From a virus (lineage: Duplodnaviria > Caudoviricetes): 64,000 nucleotides of DNA. Positions 9,491-19,446 of this stretch are shown in pieces; position 1 is the first letter of the stretch; each line of letters starts with the position of its first letter. Location of the stretch: positions 32,001 to 96,000 of IMG/VR virus record IMGVR_UViG_3300028886_001681; one strand, 5' to 3'. Position numbers and translations under genes: made by a program. The notes below the pieces were generated by a model. It saw only the letters and a program-made list of their open reading frames with translations. It was not told the DNA's origin and did not search any database.

Positions 9491-11191
9491 TTAATAATCC
9501 ATGAAATGTTCCTTGAAATAATCCTCCCTTTCATAAGCCTTGGTCTTAAAGTATTTGTAGGCAAGTTTTATTTTCGGCAACATATCAAGATATTTTTCCC
9601 TTTCTCGTCTGTCATTCAAATAATACCTCAAGTCTTTTTCCGTGGTCTGACTGATGTTGAAGAATTCCGTTTTGTCCAACCAAATCGCGGTTCTTTTCCT
9701 CTTGGTGTCGTCATGCCATCTTTCCTCAAAATAAAGGATTTTATATCCCCAATCTTCGTCATAATCCTTTATTTCGTAAACTTTGCTTCTATTCGGAATT
9801 CCCACCCATCTTCTTCTCCAATCCATATGATGCTCATAGATGAAATCCGAATCGTCGGTCGCTCTGCCGTAATAATTTTTAGAACCCCACAAGTCGGTGA
9901 CGATGATTCTGTCGCCTATTTTGCTTCTGTCTCTGTTTTCTTGAAGATAACTTCTCCAACTAGGCATCGTGTTGTCGCCAATCAAATCTTTTCTTTCCTT
10001 ATCGCGAACCAACACGATTTTTTCCTTGTCAAAAAGTCCGCATATGAGATTCGTCTTGAATTGGCAGTCCGTTCCGAGAATGTCGGTTCTGTCAAGAATG
10101 CCTTGAATCGCTATGAGAATGTATTTCCAAGGGAGAATGTTTTCCATGAAAGTTTCTTGGTCGAATTCTTCATCGCCGTTCCATTTCTTTCCCGCTTGAA
10201 TGCTTTGTTCTTCTGTGGGAAACATCGTGTCGTCTCTTGACTCGACATCGGAGAAAATTCTATAGAGCCTTTCTCCGTTTCTTATGAGAAAATAACAGTT
10301 GGCGTTATATCCGTTGCACACCATGTTTTCCCATCTGTCGCCGTAGTCTTTTCCCCGCCTTTTGATTCGCCACATCACAATTCCGCGCTCCGACGGAATG
10401 AACATCTTGTAATTCTTGACAATCCATTCGTCAAAAAGATTGATGTTCTTGTAATCAAAGTCGTCCGTTTCCACATAAGTGGTTTCCGTAATTTGCTCAA
10501 GATTCACGATTCCATATTCTTCGTCCATGAATCTAACGGCTTGGTACAAATGAATGGGTTCGTCGCTCGTCTTTCCTTCGCCGATAAGTTCGACGACCTC
10601 TTCTTTCGCCCCAAGATATGTTTCGTACGCGCAAATCACGCGATATTTTCCTTTAAGCCATTTTTCCATTTCGGCAACTTGCAACTTCAATTCTTGCCTC
10701 TGTTTTTCAAGTTCAAGCATTTTCCTTTCGATTTCATTTCTGCAATCATTGAAATCTTTCACCGTTTTGATTTTGCCTTCCTTGAATTCTTGCGGTAGGT
10801 TTTCGGAATAGGCTTTGACCGCGTCGTCTTTCAACAACGCTATTTCTTGGGAATCCGCTTTCTGCCCTTTGGACGACAGTTTCTTTTCCACATCGTCAAA
10901 ATTAAAGTTTTCAAATTCCGACACTTTGATTGTTTTCACGAGTTTATAATCTTCTTCCGTTTCAACATAGATGTTGATTTCGGCTTTATCATAACATCCG
11001 TCTTTAATGGCATATTTATTTGAATCATGATTGTATTCAGAAAGGCTATAGTCCGAGAGATATTTATAGATGTCGTCTTCCGTGTAAACAAATTTATATA
11101 CGGCGAATTCAAAGGAGTCCGCTTCAATCCAAACGCCCTCAAGTCTCGGATATCCGTTCGTTTCTTCTTTTCTGCCGAAAAAATATTTCAT
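9491..11191 (-). CDS. large hypothetical protein with coiled coil
   Basis: 566-aa ORF, GGGAG RBS. Confidence 0.8.
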   Translation of the reverse strand: MKYFFGRKEETNGYPRLEGVWIEADSFEFAVYKFVYTEDDIYKYLSDYSLSEYNHDSNKYAIKDGCYDKAEINIYVETEEDYKLVKTIKVSEFENFNFDDVEKKLSSKGQKADSQEIALLKDDAVKAYSENLPQEFKEGKIKTVKDFNDCRNEIERKMLELEKQRQELKLQVAEMEKWLKGKYRVICAYETYLGAKEEVVELIGEGKTSDEPIHLYQAVRFMDEEYGIVNLEQITETTYVETDDFDYKNINLFDEWIVKNYKMFIPSERGIVMWRIKRRGKDYGDRWENMVCNGYNANCYFLIRNGERLYRIFSDVESRDDTMFPTEEQSIQAGKKWNGDEEFDQETFMENILPWKYILIAIQGILDRTDILGTDCQFKTNLICGLFDKEKIVLVRDKERKDLIGDNTMPSWRSYLQENRDRSKIGDRIIVTDLWGSKNYYGRATDDSDFIYEHHMDWRRRWVGIPNRSKVYEIKDYDEDWGYKILYFEERWHDDTKRKRTAIWLDKTEFFNISQTTEKDLRYYLNDRREREKYLDMLPKIKLAYKYFKTKAYEREDYFKEHFMDY

Positions 11192-11259
11192 GCGTCAAAC
11201 TCCCATTTTAGTTGAGCCTTTAATCCATCAATTTCAGTTTTCATTAAAAATTATCCCAA

Positions 11260-11643
11260 TTACATATCCAAATAATTCGGCATTTTAATGTCATTCAAAC
11301 TAATTTCATCATTATTGTTCATATCCCACAACAAGCAAAGAACATCGAAATTAGTCAAACCTTCGGCAAACATTTTCTGATACTGTTTCTTCGGCTCGGA
11401 TTTCAAAAATTTCACCAAAAGTTTTCTTTCTTTAGCGTTCAAAGTGTCGGTGTACTGTCCATGAAAGAAATATTCATTGGCAAGCAATTTAACGCAACCT
11501 TGTTTTCCATTCTGCGGATTTCTGAAATGAAAATGAGGAATCGTGCCTTCTCCTTCATAGACCATCACTTCGTAATCGTCGAAGTTTCCGAGTCGAGCCA
11601 TTTCTTCCAATCTGTGAATTTCTTTCATAATGGTTTCCTCCAA
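11260..11643 (-). CDS. DUF4160-like protein
   Basis: EMAR...EG.IPHFHF; probable start at MKEIH after GGAGG. Confidence 0.6.
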   Translation of the reverse strand: MEETIMKEIHRLEEMARLGNFDDYEVMVYEGEGTIPHFHFRNPQNGKQGCVKLLANEYFFHGQYTDTLNAKERKLLVKFLKSEPKKQYQKMFAEGLTNFDVLCLLWDMNNNDEISLNDIKMPNYLDM

Positions 11644-11654
11644 GTTTCCGCGCC

Positions 11655-11683
11655 ATTATACACGCTTTCGTTCAATTTGTCAA
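11655..11683 (-). promoter_or_regulatory. sigma70-type promoter
   Basis: TTGACA-N17-TATAAT. Confidence 0.85.
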
Positions 11684-11765
11684 TGAAAATTATCAAAAAT
11701 TTAATGTTTATTTTCTTAGACAAAATTATTCAAAATGTCTAGGAATATCGACATTATGAAAAACA

Positions 11766-11796
11766 AAGAGCGGAAAATATAAAACTTTCCGCTCTT
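11766..11796. terminator. hairpin / probable terminator
   Basis: AAGAGCGGAAA/TTTCCGCTCTT inverted repeat downstream of ORF 11831-12256. Confidence 0.65.
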
Positions 11797-11830
11797 AGAA
11801 ACTGTTCTTACTCTCGCAAGTTAGATAATT

Positions 11831-12256
11831 TTATTCGTCGTCTTCGTCAGATTCAAAATATCCTTGGCCTACACACCAATTATAAAATGATTCTTCCCCA
11901 TCATCGAGATATTCTACTTTATCTTTAATAAAATCATTTTTGTTATGCTCAGACAAAGAATAAAAATTGCCGTAACCGTTCACTACATAATATTCTTCAT
12001 TTGGGTCAAAAGTATCTTTTGTATGAAAATCACCATTATAATATTGACCGCCAAAATATATTCGATTTAACAACCAATTCAAATCTTCTTTCTCTAAATA
12101 ATATTCAAGGTCATCCATATCATGAATGTAATCTTCCCAATCACGACCAACATCGTTGAGATATTCTTCTCCATATTCTTCCGCCATTTCATCAAAATCC
12201 CAACCTTTCGGGGCGTCGAATTTTTCAGTCATTCTTTTATCGTTCATAGTTTTCAC
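11831..12256 (-). CDS. acidic hypothetical protein (putative late/internal protein)
   Basis: AGGAG RBS, GTG start; TAACTATAT motif upstream. Confidence 0.7.
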   Translation of the reverse strand: MKTMNDKRMTEKFDAPKGWDFDEMAEEYGEEYLNDVGRDWEDYIHDMDDLEYYLEKEDLNWLLNRIYFGGQYYNGDFHTKDTFDPNEEYYVVNGYGNFYSLSEHNKNDFIKDKVEYLDDGEESFYNWCVGQGYFESDEDDE

Positions 12257-12348
12257 TCTCCTTTTTCATTGTGAACTGAATATGATAATATAGTTATTTT
12301 TCCGCGTAAAAACGCCTAAGATTGGAAGGAAATCCAACTATCTTTCCC

Positions 12349-12528
12349 ATGAGCGTAAGCGAAATTTGCGCCTTGGTCGGAACGGTTCTGTCCTTGGCGG
12401 TTATTCTGTACAAACTAGGCCGTCTCTCTTCAAAGGTGGACTCCAACACACATAGGTTGGACAGACACGAATCCGACTTGCGTGGCCTCAACGACAAGGT
12501 TTTCTCCTTGAAGTCAGAGCGGAAGTAG
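12349..12528 (+). CDS. small TM plus coiled-coil protein (holin/XhlA-like), probably leaderless
   Basis: One N-terminal TM and a heptad tail; CAACTATCT motif 5 nt before ATG. Confidence 0.55.
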   Translation: MSVSEICALVGTVLSLAVILYKLGRLSSKVDSNTHRLDRHESDLRGLNDKVFSLKSERK

Positions 12529-12551
12529 GAAAAAGCCTTGCAAGTTTTTAA

Positions 12552-12953
12552 TCAAAAAGGCTTTCTGTCCACATTTCCCAACTCGTCCGCCCACTTCTCA
12601 GGGTATCCTCGGTGATACCAATTGTATCTTTTTCGATACGCCCACTTTCTGTGGAACAGTCGGTCAAATATATTGCGAGCGAAGGAAGGAATTCCCACAA
12701 CAAGAAGATATAGCCAACCCAACCTCTTGGACTGTTCGGAATGCCCCAACTCGTGCTTTAGGTTGTCTTTCGCCACATACAAATTCCGTTGGATAATCAC
12801 ATGGCTTCCCAAACTCACCGCGGAGTCGAAAAACTTTAGCCTAGTGAACACATCCACATCGTTTATGGTCGTTTCGTACTTGCAAAAGAGCGAAACTGCG
12901 AATCCGACCAAGTTTTGCGGAAGTTGCCATATATATGAAAGAAATCGTTTCAT
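12552..12953 (-). CDS. membrane-associated HExxH protein
   Basis: WQLPQNLVG...HELGH..QS..LGWLYL...E.WA. Confidence 0.7.
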   Translation of the reverse strand: MKRFLSYIWQLPQNLVGFAVSLFCKYETTINDVDVFTRLKFFDSAVSLGSHVIIQRNLYVAKDNLKHELGHSEQSKRLGWLYLLVVGIPSFARNIFDRLFHRKWAYRKRYNWYHRGYPEKWADELGNVDRKPF

Positions 12954-12974
12954 TTAATCCTCCCTTGAAAAGCC

Positions 12975-13283
12975 CTACTTCAACATGTAGTCGAAGTAGT
13001 CTCCGTCCTCAAATCTGTCGTGTATGTAGAATGTCTTGAAGCCGTCGAAGTCCTTCATCTTCTTGCAATTTTTGACTTTCAAGTTTTCCAAGATGTAGTT
13101 TTTCGTCTTTTTCTCGACCTTCATCGACTCTAGAAATTCCTTGATTATTTCCTTCGCGTGCTTGGCTATGCTCCGCTTTCCTTTTTCCTTCAAGTATGAG
13201 GGAAGGCATAGGCACACGCATTTTATAGCCCAAGTCATGATGAAGTTGTGCTTGTTGTCGTTTATCGTTATTTCCACCAACAT
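12975..13283 (-). CDS. hypothetical protein
   Basis: ORF in array. Confidence 0.6.
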   Translation of the reverse strand: MLVEITINDNKHNFIMTWAIKCVCLCLPSYLKEKGKRSIAKHAKEIIKEFLESMKVEKKTKNYILENLKVKNCKKMKDFDGFKTFYIHDRFEDGDYFDYMLK

Positions 13284-13284
13284 G

Positions 13285-13632
13285 CTACAACTCCCACTCT
13301 ATGTCGGATAATATCGCTTCGATTTCACCCTTGTCCTCGAATTCCATTCCGTCAAGTTGCTTGCGCATTCTCTTGATGTAAGAGCGGATTTCCTCCAATT
13401 TACATTCCAATTCTCCGACTTGGGCTTCCAACTGCTCGTTGTCGTCCTCTAGTTCGAAAAGTTTGTCCGAAGCCCACTCTTGTTCGCCAATCCATTCGGA
13501 CAACGGCTCGCACAAGTCTTCGACATGACGGCTCACATCCGCGAAGTTAGGCTCAATCCCTAAACCTCTCAAATAGTCCATCTCCATGTTCTCCATTTTA
13601 GGGGATATTGTGTCCCAATTCAACTCATCCAT
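13285..13632 (-). CDS. acidic coiled-coil protein
   Basis: Start moved to MDELN after AAGGA. Confidence 0.6.
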   Translation of the reverse strand: MDELNWDTISPKMENMEMDYLRGLGIEPNFADVSRHVEDLCEPLSEWIGEQEWASDKLFELEDDNEQLEAQVGELECKLEEIRSYIKRMRKQLDGMEFEDKGEIEAILSDIEWEL

Positions 13633-13645
13633 ATCGTTTTCCTTC

Positions 13646-13852
13646 TTACATTTCCAACGCTTCATAGATTTCCTCGTCCACATCGATTTGGAAACCCTTG
13701 TTGGCTCGGTATTCCCAAATCACATCGTCCCAAACATTGAACTTCTTGGGGTCTTCCCTCAAGAGCCTAGACAAGACGACCTTGCCGTCCTCAATCTTGG
13801 CCAAGGCCTCATAGTTCTTTCCTTGCAAACTGAACGAAACGCACTCGCCCAT
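13646..13852 (-). CDS. hypothetical protein
   Basis: AGGAGG RBS. Confidence 0.6.
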   Translation of the reverse strand: MGECVSFSLQGKNYEALAKIEDGKVVLSRLLREDPKKFNVWDDVIWEYRANKGFQIDVDEEIYEALEM

Positions 13853-13861
13853 ACATTCCTC

Positions 13862-14284
13862 CTACCAATCTCCGTCGTAATCCAACACTGTTATCACTAA
13901 CTTGTCATGCTTGCTTCTGAACGAATAGGTTAATTTTTTGTTGGACTTGTTGTCAATCATTATGAAATTCGCTCTTTTCATTATTCTATAGTCGGACGAA
14001 CTTTTCCATTTCTTGCCCTTCTCCACGATAGGAGTCTTTGTCAAGAAAACCCAACCTTCCTTCAATCTTCCCACATTTACATTAGTCAAACTGACATTGA
14101 CATCCACGCTTCCGTCCAATTCCTCTGGAACATGGACATACACCTTGAACGCGTCCGCTTCCGAAGACTCGTTGACTACGATGATTTCTTCGTCCGCATC
14201 CTCGTTGAATGGAAATTCCATAGGCTCGCAGAAAACTGAAAACGAGAGCAAAAGCAAGGAAACCGCAAGAATGGCACTTTTCAT
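13862..14284 (-). CDS. secreted/periplasmic protein
   Basis: MKSAILAVSLLLLSFSVFC signal peptide after GGAGGAGG. Confidence 0.65.
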   Translation of the reverse strand: MKSAILAVSLLLLSFSVFCEPMEFPFNEDADEEIIVVNESSEADAFKVYVHVPEELDGSVDVNVSLTNVNVGRLKEGWVFLTKTPIVEKGKKWKSSSDYRIMKRANFIMIDNKSNKKLTYSFRSKHDKLVITVLDYDGDW

Positions 14285-14286
14285 TG

Positions 14287-14802
14287 TCAAGCCTCCTCCC
14301 TTTTCCAATCCTCGACTTTCATGTCCAAGGCTTGTTTCAAGTCTTTCTTCAACGAGTCCATTTTGGATTTCCAATACATTTCACCAGAGCCTCCGACGAA
14401 GCGGTTGGGGTATTCCAATCCGTCCTCCGCTCCCTTGATGTAGTTTGAGTTGAGCGAGATTCTGTAGCCCTTGAATGTCTTGTCGTCTCCGTTTCCGAAA
14501 TCCAAGTTCAAGTGAACCACATGGCTTTTTCCCAAGCAGATGTTGGCGGAAGAGTTTAGCGAGAATGAAAATTCCTTCCCTTTTTCAAGACCCACTCTCA
14601 TGGAGTCGTCCGCAATTTCTTCGAACCCCTCCGCTACCAACATTTCTTTGACCGCCTCGACGGTCTTTCTAATCTCCGAAACATACTTCACGAACATATT
14701 TTTTTTCAATTTCCTCCTATGAAAATCTCGATTAAAATCGCGGAAGCCCCGCAAGCCAAGCCGAACAGAATCAAAGGCCACTCTGTCCAAAATTCCGCTC
14801 AC
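14287..14802 (-). CDS. hypothetical protein
   Basis: ORF in array; internal start MFVKY possible. Confidence 0.6.
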   Translation of the reverse strand: MSGILDRVAFDSVRLGLRGFRDFNRDFHRRKLKKNMFVKYVSEIRKTVEAVKEMLVAEGFEEIADDSMRVGLEKGKEFSFSLNSSANICLGKSHVVHLNLDFGNGDDKTFKGYRISLNSNYIKGAEDGLEYPNRFVGGSGEMYWKSKMDSLKKDLKQALDMKVEDWKREEA

Positions 14803-15176
14803 AATCCCACCTCTTCGTAAACTTTCTTGAACGACGCTTCCTTGGCCTTCATCACCCTATAGGAATACCTAGCCAACTCGTCGTCCTCGAAAGTCGGTCG
14901 GTTTCTCAATGTGCCCCAACCCTTGAAGTTGCCCTTGAATTTCCTTTGTATTGCGTAGCCTTGGTCGTAGAACTCTTGAAGTTGCTCGGCGGTGTAGCGG
15001 TTCTCATAGGACAAGTCCCTTTCCTTGAAGCGGATTTTATTGACCTCATTGACCGTCATTTCAATCGCTCGAACCACATTCTCGCATTCCTTGGAAAGGG
15101 ATGTCGTCTTGGCGTATTCTTTCACGATTTTCTCGACCTTGATTAAAGCCGAGTTTACTTCGCTCAATTTGCCCAT
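14799..15176 (-). CDS. hypothetical protein
   Basis: ORF in array. Confidence 0.6.
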   Translation of the reverse strand: MGKLSEVNSALIKVEKIVKEYAKTTSLSKECENVVRAIEMTVNEVNKIRFKERDLSYENRYTAEQLQEFYDQGYAIQRKFKGNFKGWGTLRNRPTFEDDELARYSYRVMKAKEASFKKVYEEVGL

Positions 15177-15179
15177 TCC

Positions 15180-15419
15180 CTAACTCCAATCGAAAAGGGT
15201 GGGGAACAAAGAGAAGTCCACTTTCCAAATCTTGCGGAGAATGACCTCGCAGAAAAGGAAGTTCAAGAGAAAGATTCCGCACAAGACGAAGAACGGAACC
15301 GCCGTGGCAATCACCAAAATCTCGCTCGTTCCGAACACATAGCCCACGAACAACCCTACCGCCAACAGAGGGAGCGAAACCGCACCCAACGACCAAAACA
15401 CTTTCTCGAAAATGTTCAT
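15180..15419 (-). CDS. membrane protein (2 TM)
   Basis: Hydrophobic; GGAGG RBS. Confidence 0.65.
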   Translation of the reverse strand: MNIFEKVFWSLGAVSLPLLAVGLFVGYVFGTSEILVIATAVPFFVLCGIFLLNFLFCEVILRKIWKVDFSLFPTLFDWS

Positions 15420-15640
15420 TTCCTTCCTCCAAGGCCGACTTTGTCCGCCACGGCCTTCAACTCCAAGTAACTTTCCTTCAACTTGGCGTAGTCCTCGTCG
15501 CCTTGGAACGCCTCTTCGAATTCCTCAATCGACTTCACTTTCATCAGTTTGAGCGTCTTTTCCTTGGTCTTTTCGTCCATTCCTCTTCTGTCCAAGAATT
15601 CCTCGAATGTGGACGGCCATCTCTCTTCCTTCTTCGCCAT
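15416..15640 (-). CDS. hypothetical protein
   Basis: GGAGG RBS. Confidence 0.6.
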   Translation of the reverse strand: MAKKEERWPSTFEEFLDRRGMDEKTKEKTLKLMKVKSIEEFEEAFQGDEDYAKLKESYLELKAVADKVGLGGRK

Positions 15641-15647
15641 TTTTTTT

Positions 15648-15929
15648 CTATCCCTCCAACAGTTGGGAAAGCAAGAACCTTATGTCCGCGATGTAGGCCA
15701 CGCTTTCGCCCTTAGAATTTTCCACAATGTATGTTTCCGAGTCGTGCTTGCGGAATCTGACCGACTCGAATGTCGACTTGTTCATCAAGTTCAATCCGTT
15801 TCCCTTGTCCACGAAGACCGCCACCTTGTCGCCTTCGCTCAACTTGATTTTGACTCCGTTCCATTCCACTGTCGCTTTTTCCATAAGAAATTCCTCCTTT
15901 CCCATCGGATTTCTACCGCATATTACCAT
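15648..15929 (-). CDS. hypothetical protein
   Basis: Probable start MEKAT after AAGGAGG; promoter at 15920-15948. Confidence 0.6.
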   Translation of the reverse strand: MVICGRNPMGKEEFLMEKATVEWNGVKIKLSEGDKVAVFVDKGNGLNLMNKSTFESVRFRKHDSETYIVENSKGESVAYIADIRFLLSQLLEG

Positions 15930-15948
15930 ATAATGGGGATTTTGTCAA
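15920..15948 (-). promoter_or_regulatory. sigma70-type promoter
   Basis: TTGACA-N17-TAATAT. Confidence 0.7.
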
Positions 15949-16002
15949 GCGTTTTTGCCAAAATTCGCAACTATTTTAATCATTCCAAAAACGGAGGAAT
16001 CT

Positions 16003-16818
16003 ATGAAAACAGGAAAATTGGTCGAAAATTTCAAGAACAGAAAAATTTTCGAATGGAACGGAAAGGAATACTCCTACGACGAAATCTACAACTTGATAAA
16101 GGACTTGGATTATGTGAAGAGCGGAGAGGACTGCGATTGGCGGATTATAAGGGTGCGCGACATAAAGGACGGACGAGACTGCTACTGCTTGGCCTTCCAA
16201 GACTCGCGCTCGACGACGGATTGGATACACAACTTCATGTTCTTGCCTCGCTCCACCAAGGCCTACAAAGGATGGAGGAACAGGTTGAAGTTCGTGAAAG
16301 GCTTCTTCAAGGAATACCAATCGGCTAGGGACGAGATACACTCGAACCTTTCGCTCCTTTTGCAAGACATGGCGATTGAGCAAGATTGCGCGATTTCCGC
16401 CTTGAAGGTGTATGTGATAGGCTTCTCCTTGGGAGCGTCCATAGCCCCAATCGCTTGCGAGGACTTGAACTTCACTTACGGAGTGAACCCTGTCCTAATA
16501 GGATACGAGGGGGCGGAGTGTTGCTCGAACAACCACACTAGGAATGTGGTGGCCGACTCTTTGAACCAAGACGAGTCAATCTCTTTCGTGTTCGCCCAAG
16601 ACATAGTGCCTAGATGCCCCTTCTGCTTCGGAAGGAAACTGAAAGACTTCATCTACTTCTTGGACGACGGAACGGTGAAATTCCCCTTTAAATTCATAAA
16701 GTGGCTAGTTTCCACCATAACGAAGACCCCTTGGTATCACGCCAATGTCGACGAGGGAATATTGAGATACATGCCTTGGGACGAAAGCGAGTTGGCCAAG
16801 GCGGACAGAGGGGAGTAG
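16003..16818 (+). CDS. class 3 lipase / alpha-beta hydrolase
   Basis: GFSLG nucleophile elbow, DW..N, GF..EY, DIVP, C-terminal His; GGAGG RBS; CAACTATTT upstream. Confidence 0.8.
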   Translation: MKTGKLVENFKNRKIFEWNGKEYSYDEIYNLIKDLDYVKSGEDCDWRIIRVRDIKDGRDCYCLAFQDSRSTTDWIHNFMFLPRSTKAYKGWRNRLKFVKGFFKEYQSARDEIHSNLSLLLQDMAIEQDCAISALKVYVIGFSLGASIAPIACEDLNFTYGVNPVLIGYEGAECCSNNHTRNVVADSLNQDESISFVFAQDIVPRCPFCFGRKLKDFIYFLDDGTVKFPFKFIKWLVSTITKTPWYHANVDEGILRYMPWDESELAKADRGE

Positions 16819-16824
16819 GGCTTT

Positions 16825-17520
16825 ATGGAAGATTTTTTGTGTTTCGACGACAAAGACTTGGTTGAAAGAGTCCGAGAGTTGGCCGACGAGTATTTCTACG
16901 ACTTTCCGCTAATCGTGCACGACGCTTATTTCGGAAAGAAATCCAATTCCATCATGGGTCAAGCGATTCCCTTGGACGGAATTCCTTCGCAGAACATCGC
17001 GGAGATGAACTTGAAGGAAGTCGAAGGAAACCCCAAGAGCGTGGCTTGCGACATCGAAATCAACGGCCATTTCAAGGGCTTGAATGTGGACGAAACCCTT
17101 TTGCATGAAATGGTGCATTGCGTGAACTTCGCGGAAGGGGATTGGAATGCCAACCACGGAAAGAAGTTCAAGGAAGTGGCGGAGGCCATAGGAAAGAGGA
17201 GCGGACATGACTTCTCGTCCACTAGCGGAGACGACTACTTGAACACGCTTCTGTCGTCAATCAATCTGTTGAAGAAACTCAAGAAAGAGCCGTCGAACAT
17301 GGTGTTCTCTAGAAAGGTGTTGAAGAGTTACATGAAATTTGAGGACATCTACACCAAGACTATTGACGAACTCAACTCAATATACGAGGGTTGCGGAGAC
17401 TTGATGGCCGATTTGGTTGAGAATGGCGATGTGGACTCTGAAAAGGACTTGAACGAGTGCGCGGACGAGATGGACAAAATTTTGCCCAAACCGCAGTTGA
17501 GATGGTGGAACTTCAAATAG
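16825..17520 (+). CDS. SprT-like zinc metalloprotease
   Basis: ETLLHEMVH and HGKKF motifs. Confidence 0.8.
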   Translation: MEDFLCFDDKDLVERVRELADEYFYDFPLIVHDAYFGKKSNSIMGQAIPLDGIPSQNIAEMNLKEVEGNPKSVACDIEINGHFKGLNVDETLLHEMVHCVNFAEGDWNANHGKKFKEVAEAIGKRSGHDFSSTSGDDYLNTLLSSINLLKKLKKEPSNMVFSRKVLKSYMKFEDIYTKTIDELNSIYEGCGDLMADLVENGDVDSEKDLNECADEMDKILPKPQLRWWNFK

Positions 17521-17542
17521 GAAACGGTTGATGTGGAATGAA

Positions 17543-17575
17543 GAAAGCCCCGCAAGTGATTTGCGAGGCTTTTTT
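17543..17575 (+). terminator. rho-independent terminator
   Basis: GCCCCGCAA/TTGCGAGGC stem plus U tract after the SprT gene. Confidence 0.75.
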
Positions 17576-17762
17576 GTTCTCAATCCACAACATTCACAAT
17601 TTTATTTTTCTTAAACTTGTTCTTGAGATTTTCGACCACGACTTGAAGAAAATTTTTCGTACAATAACAAGCGGTCAGACCAATTATATCTTTGTTTTTG
17701 CAGATTCGACAAGGATTAAAAAATCCTTTAGCGTTTCCTAGAATGCATCTGCTCATAGTTTT

Positions 17763-18422
17763 TTAATCGCTCCATTTCCAAGACAATCTTATGGCGTCAT
17801 TTATGTTGATTCCATGATAGACCAAAACATCTTCCAAATCGGAAGTTAGAGAATTTGAACAAGTTAAATAATCCTCATTGGTGTGATTTATCAAACATTT
17901 GTTTATGGCATCGTTTAATGCTTGTGATGAATTCCCATATCCCATTTTTTCCAATCGCCATTTAATAGAATCTTTAATCCAAGAAGAAAATTCTATGCAC
18001 ATTGGATTTTTGAGAAAATCGCCTTCGAATGTTTTTAATGTACTACTCATTATTTTTTGCTCCTTTAAAAATTGCTCTGCTTGTTTATAAGTATCAAACT
18101 TTTCTTGTTCGTAACAGTATATGGCTCGTTCTTTACTTTCTTTGAAGTCTACAGTATCATCAATCAAATCTCTTACAATTCCTTTTGCAAGGAATAAAGA
18201 TTTTGACAATTTTTCTATAAGTTCTTTTGCTTCAGTAAGTTGCTCTTTATTAAAACTGTTGCTTGCATTAAGTACACTTAATCCTTTTTTCAGTTCTGCA
18301 TTTTCCGCTTCAAGTTCTGAAAGGTTCTTACAGATAATCTCAAATCCTTGTTGTAGTGTCGAGTCTTTAAGCGCCATAGATATTGCGCCCATAACAGATG
18401 AACGCGCTTCGTCTTTAGTCAT
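17763..18422 (-). CDS. hypothetical protein (probable fusion)
   Basis: EQLTEAKELI...AEQFLKE module, then internal AAGGAG RBS and MSSTLK. Confidence 0.6.
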   Translation of the reverse strand: MTKDEARSSVMGAISMALKDSTLQQGFEIICKNLSELEAENAELKKGLSVLNASNSFNKEQLTEAKELIEKLSKSLFLAKGIVRDLIDDTVDFKESKERAIYCYEQEKFDTYKQAEQFLKEQKIMSSTLKTFEGDFLKNPMCIEFSSWIKDSIKWRLEKMGYGNSSQALNDAINKCLINHTNEDYLTCSNSLTSDLEDVLVYHGININDAIRLSWKWSD

Positions 18423-18671
18423 TTTCTATTATCTCCCATCTAATGTTAAAATAACATCCGCTACCTTATGTATAAACTGTTGAAAATCCATAAGTTAATC
18501 CTCTGCCTAATTCAAATTACGCAATGAAAATTCCGAACCACATTTTAAAATAGGGTCTTTGCATTTATAATATCGAATAAAGCAAGAGTTTCTAATTTTG
18601 AAGCGCACATAAATTTTTGTCTTGTGTTAGATGCCTTCACTTCAATCATATTCAATCTCCTTACAGATATA

Positions 18672-18700
18672 AATATATCATAAAAGAGATTGAATGTCAA
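18672..18700 (-). promoter_or_regulatory. sigma70-type promoter
   Basis: TTGACA-N17-TATATT. Confidence 0.7.
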
Positions 18701-18771
18701 GGAAAATTATTAAAAATGTTAAATAAAAAATCCGCCCAAAAAATGAGCGGATTTCATAATATGATGCTAAT

Positions 18772-19368
18772 TTATCGTTTATTTATTTGATACAAAATTT
18801 TATTACAAAGGTCTTCGACTTCTTCAATCTTTCTTTTTAATTCTTTCAAACTTTTATCACTATAATTACTCTGATAATCGTCCATAGCATAAATTAATTG
18901 TTTAGTTGAACCTTTACACATCGCAAGCAAATCATCGTTTATCAAATCGTAATTAGATTCTTTCAGACTTCTCTTTGTTGTTCCTTTTATAGATTCTTCA
19001 AACTTGAAGAAATAATCTTCAATGTTAGAACTGATTACTTTATATGAATAATCAACATCATATTTTGCAAAATGCCAACTTCCAAGGTGGTCGTCTGTAT
19101 ATGATGCGCCGTCAGTATAATGTCTTATGATGTCTGCCCATCCACCCTCATCAAATGTAAAGAACAACCTTACAGGGAAATTATGATTCTCTGCTACAAT
19201 ATAACAGTTATCTTGACCATAATCAGCCTTAAACCACCAATCTTTCTTGAACTCTTTTGTAAGATATTCAACCATTCTCTTGAGATTAATATGAATCAAG
19301 AAATAAGCATATGTATCATCAGACCAATCGTCATCTCTCGGTTCAACTTTCCAATCGTATCTTGCCAT
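18772..19368 (-). CDS. hypothetical protein (putative late/internal protein)
   Basis: AGGAG RBS; TAACTATTT at 19408-19416; terminator at 18725-18754. Confidence 0.7.
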   Translation of the reverse strand: MARYDWKVEPRDDDWSDDTYAYFLIHINLKRMVEYLTKEFKKDWWFKADYGQDNCYIVAENHNFPVRLFFTFDEGGWADIIRHYTDGASYTDDHLGSWHFAKYDVDYSYKVISSNIEDYFFKFEESIKGTTKRSLKESNYDLINDDLLAMCKGSTKQLIYAMDDYQSNYSDKSLKELKRKIEEVEDLCNKILYQINKR

Positions 19369-19446
19369 AAATTTATCTCCTAAATTAATTTTCAGTTTTT
19401 ATATGTTAAATAGTTAATTTTCAAAATACATATTTAAAAAAAATTA

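Noticed and set aside
9506-10240. Long plus-strand ORFs antisense to minus-strand genes (also 15549-16328, 20575-21189, 27718-28314 and others)
   Set aside because: Shadow frames of real genes; no RBS and no recognisable motifs.
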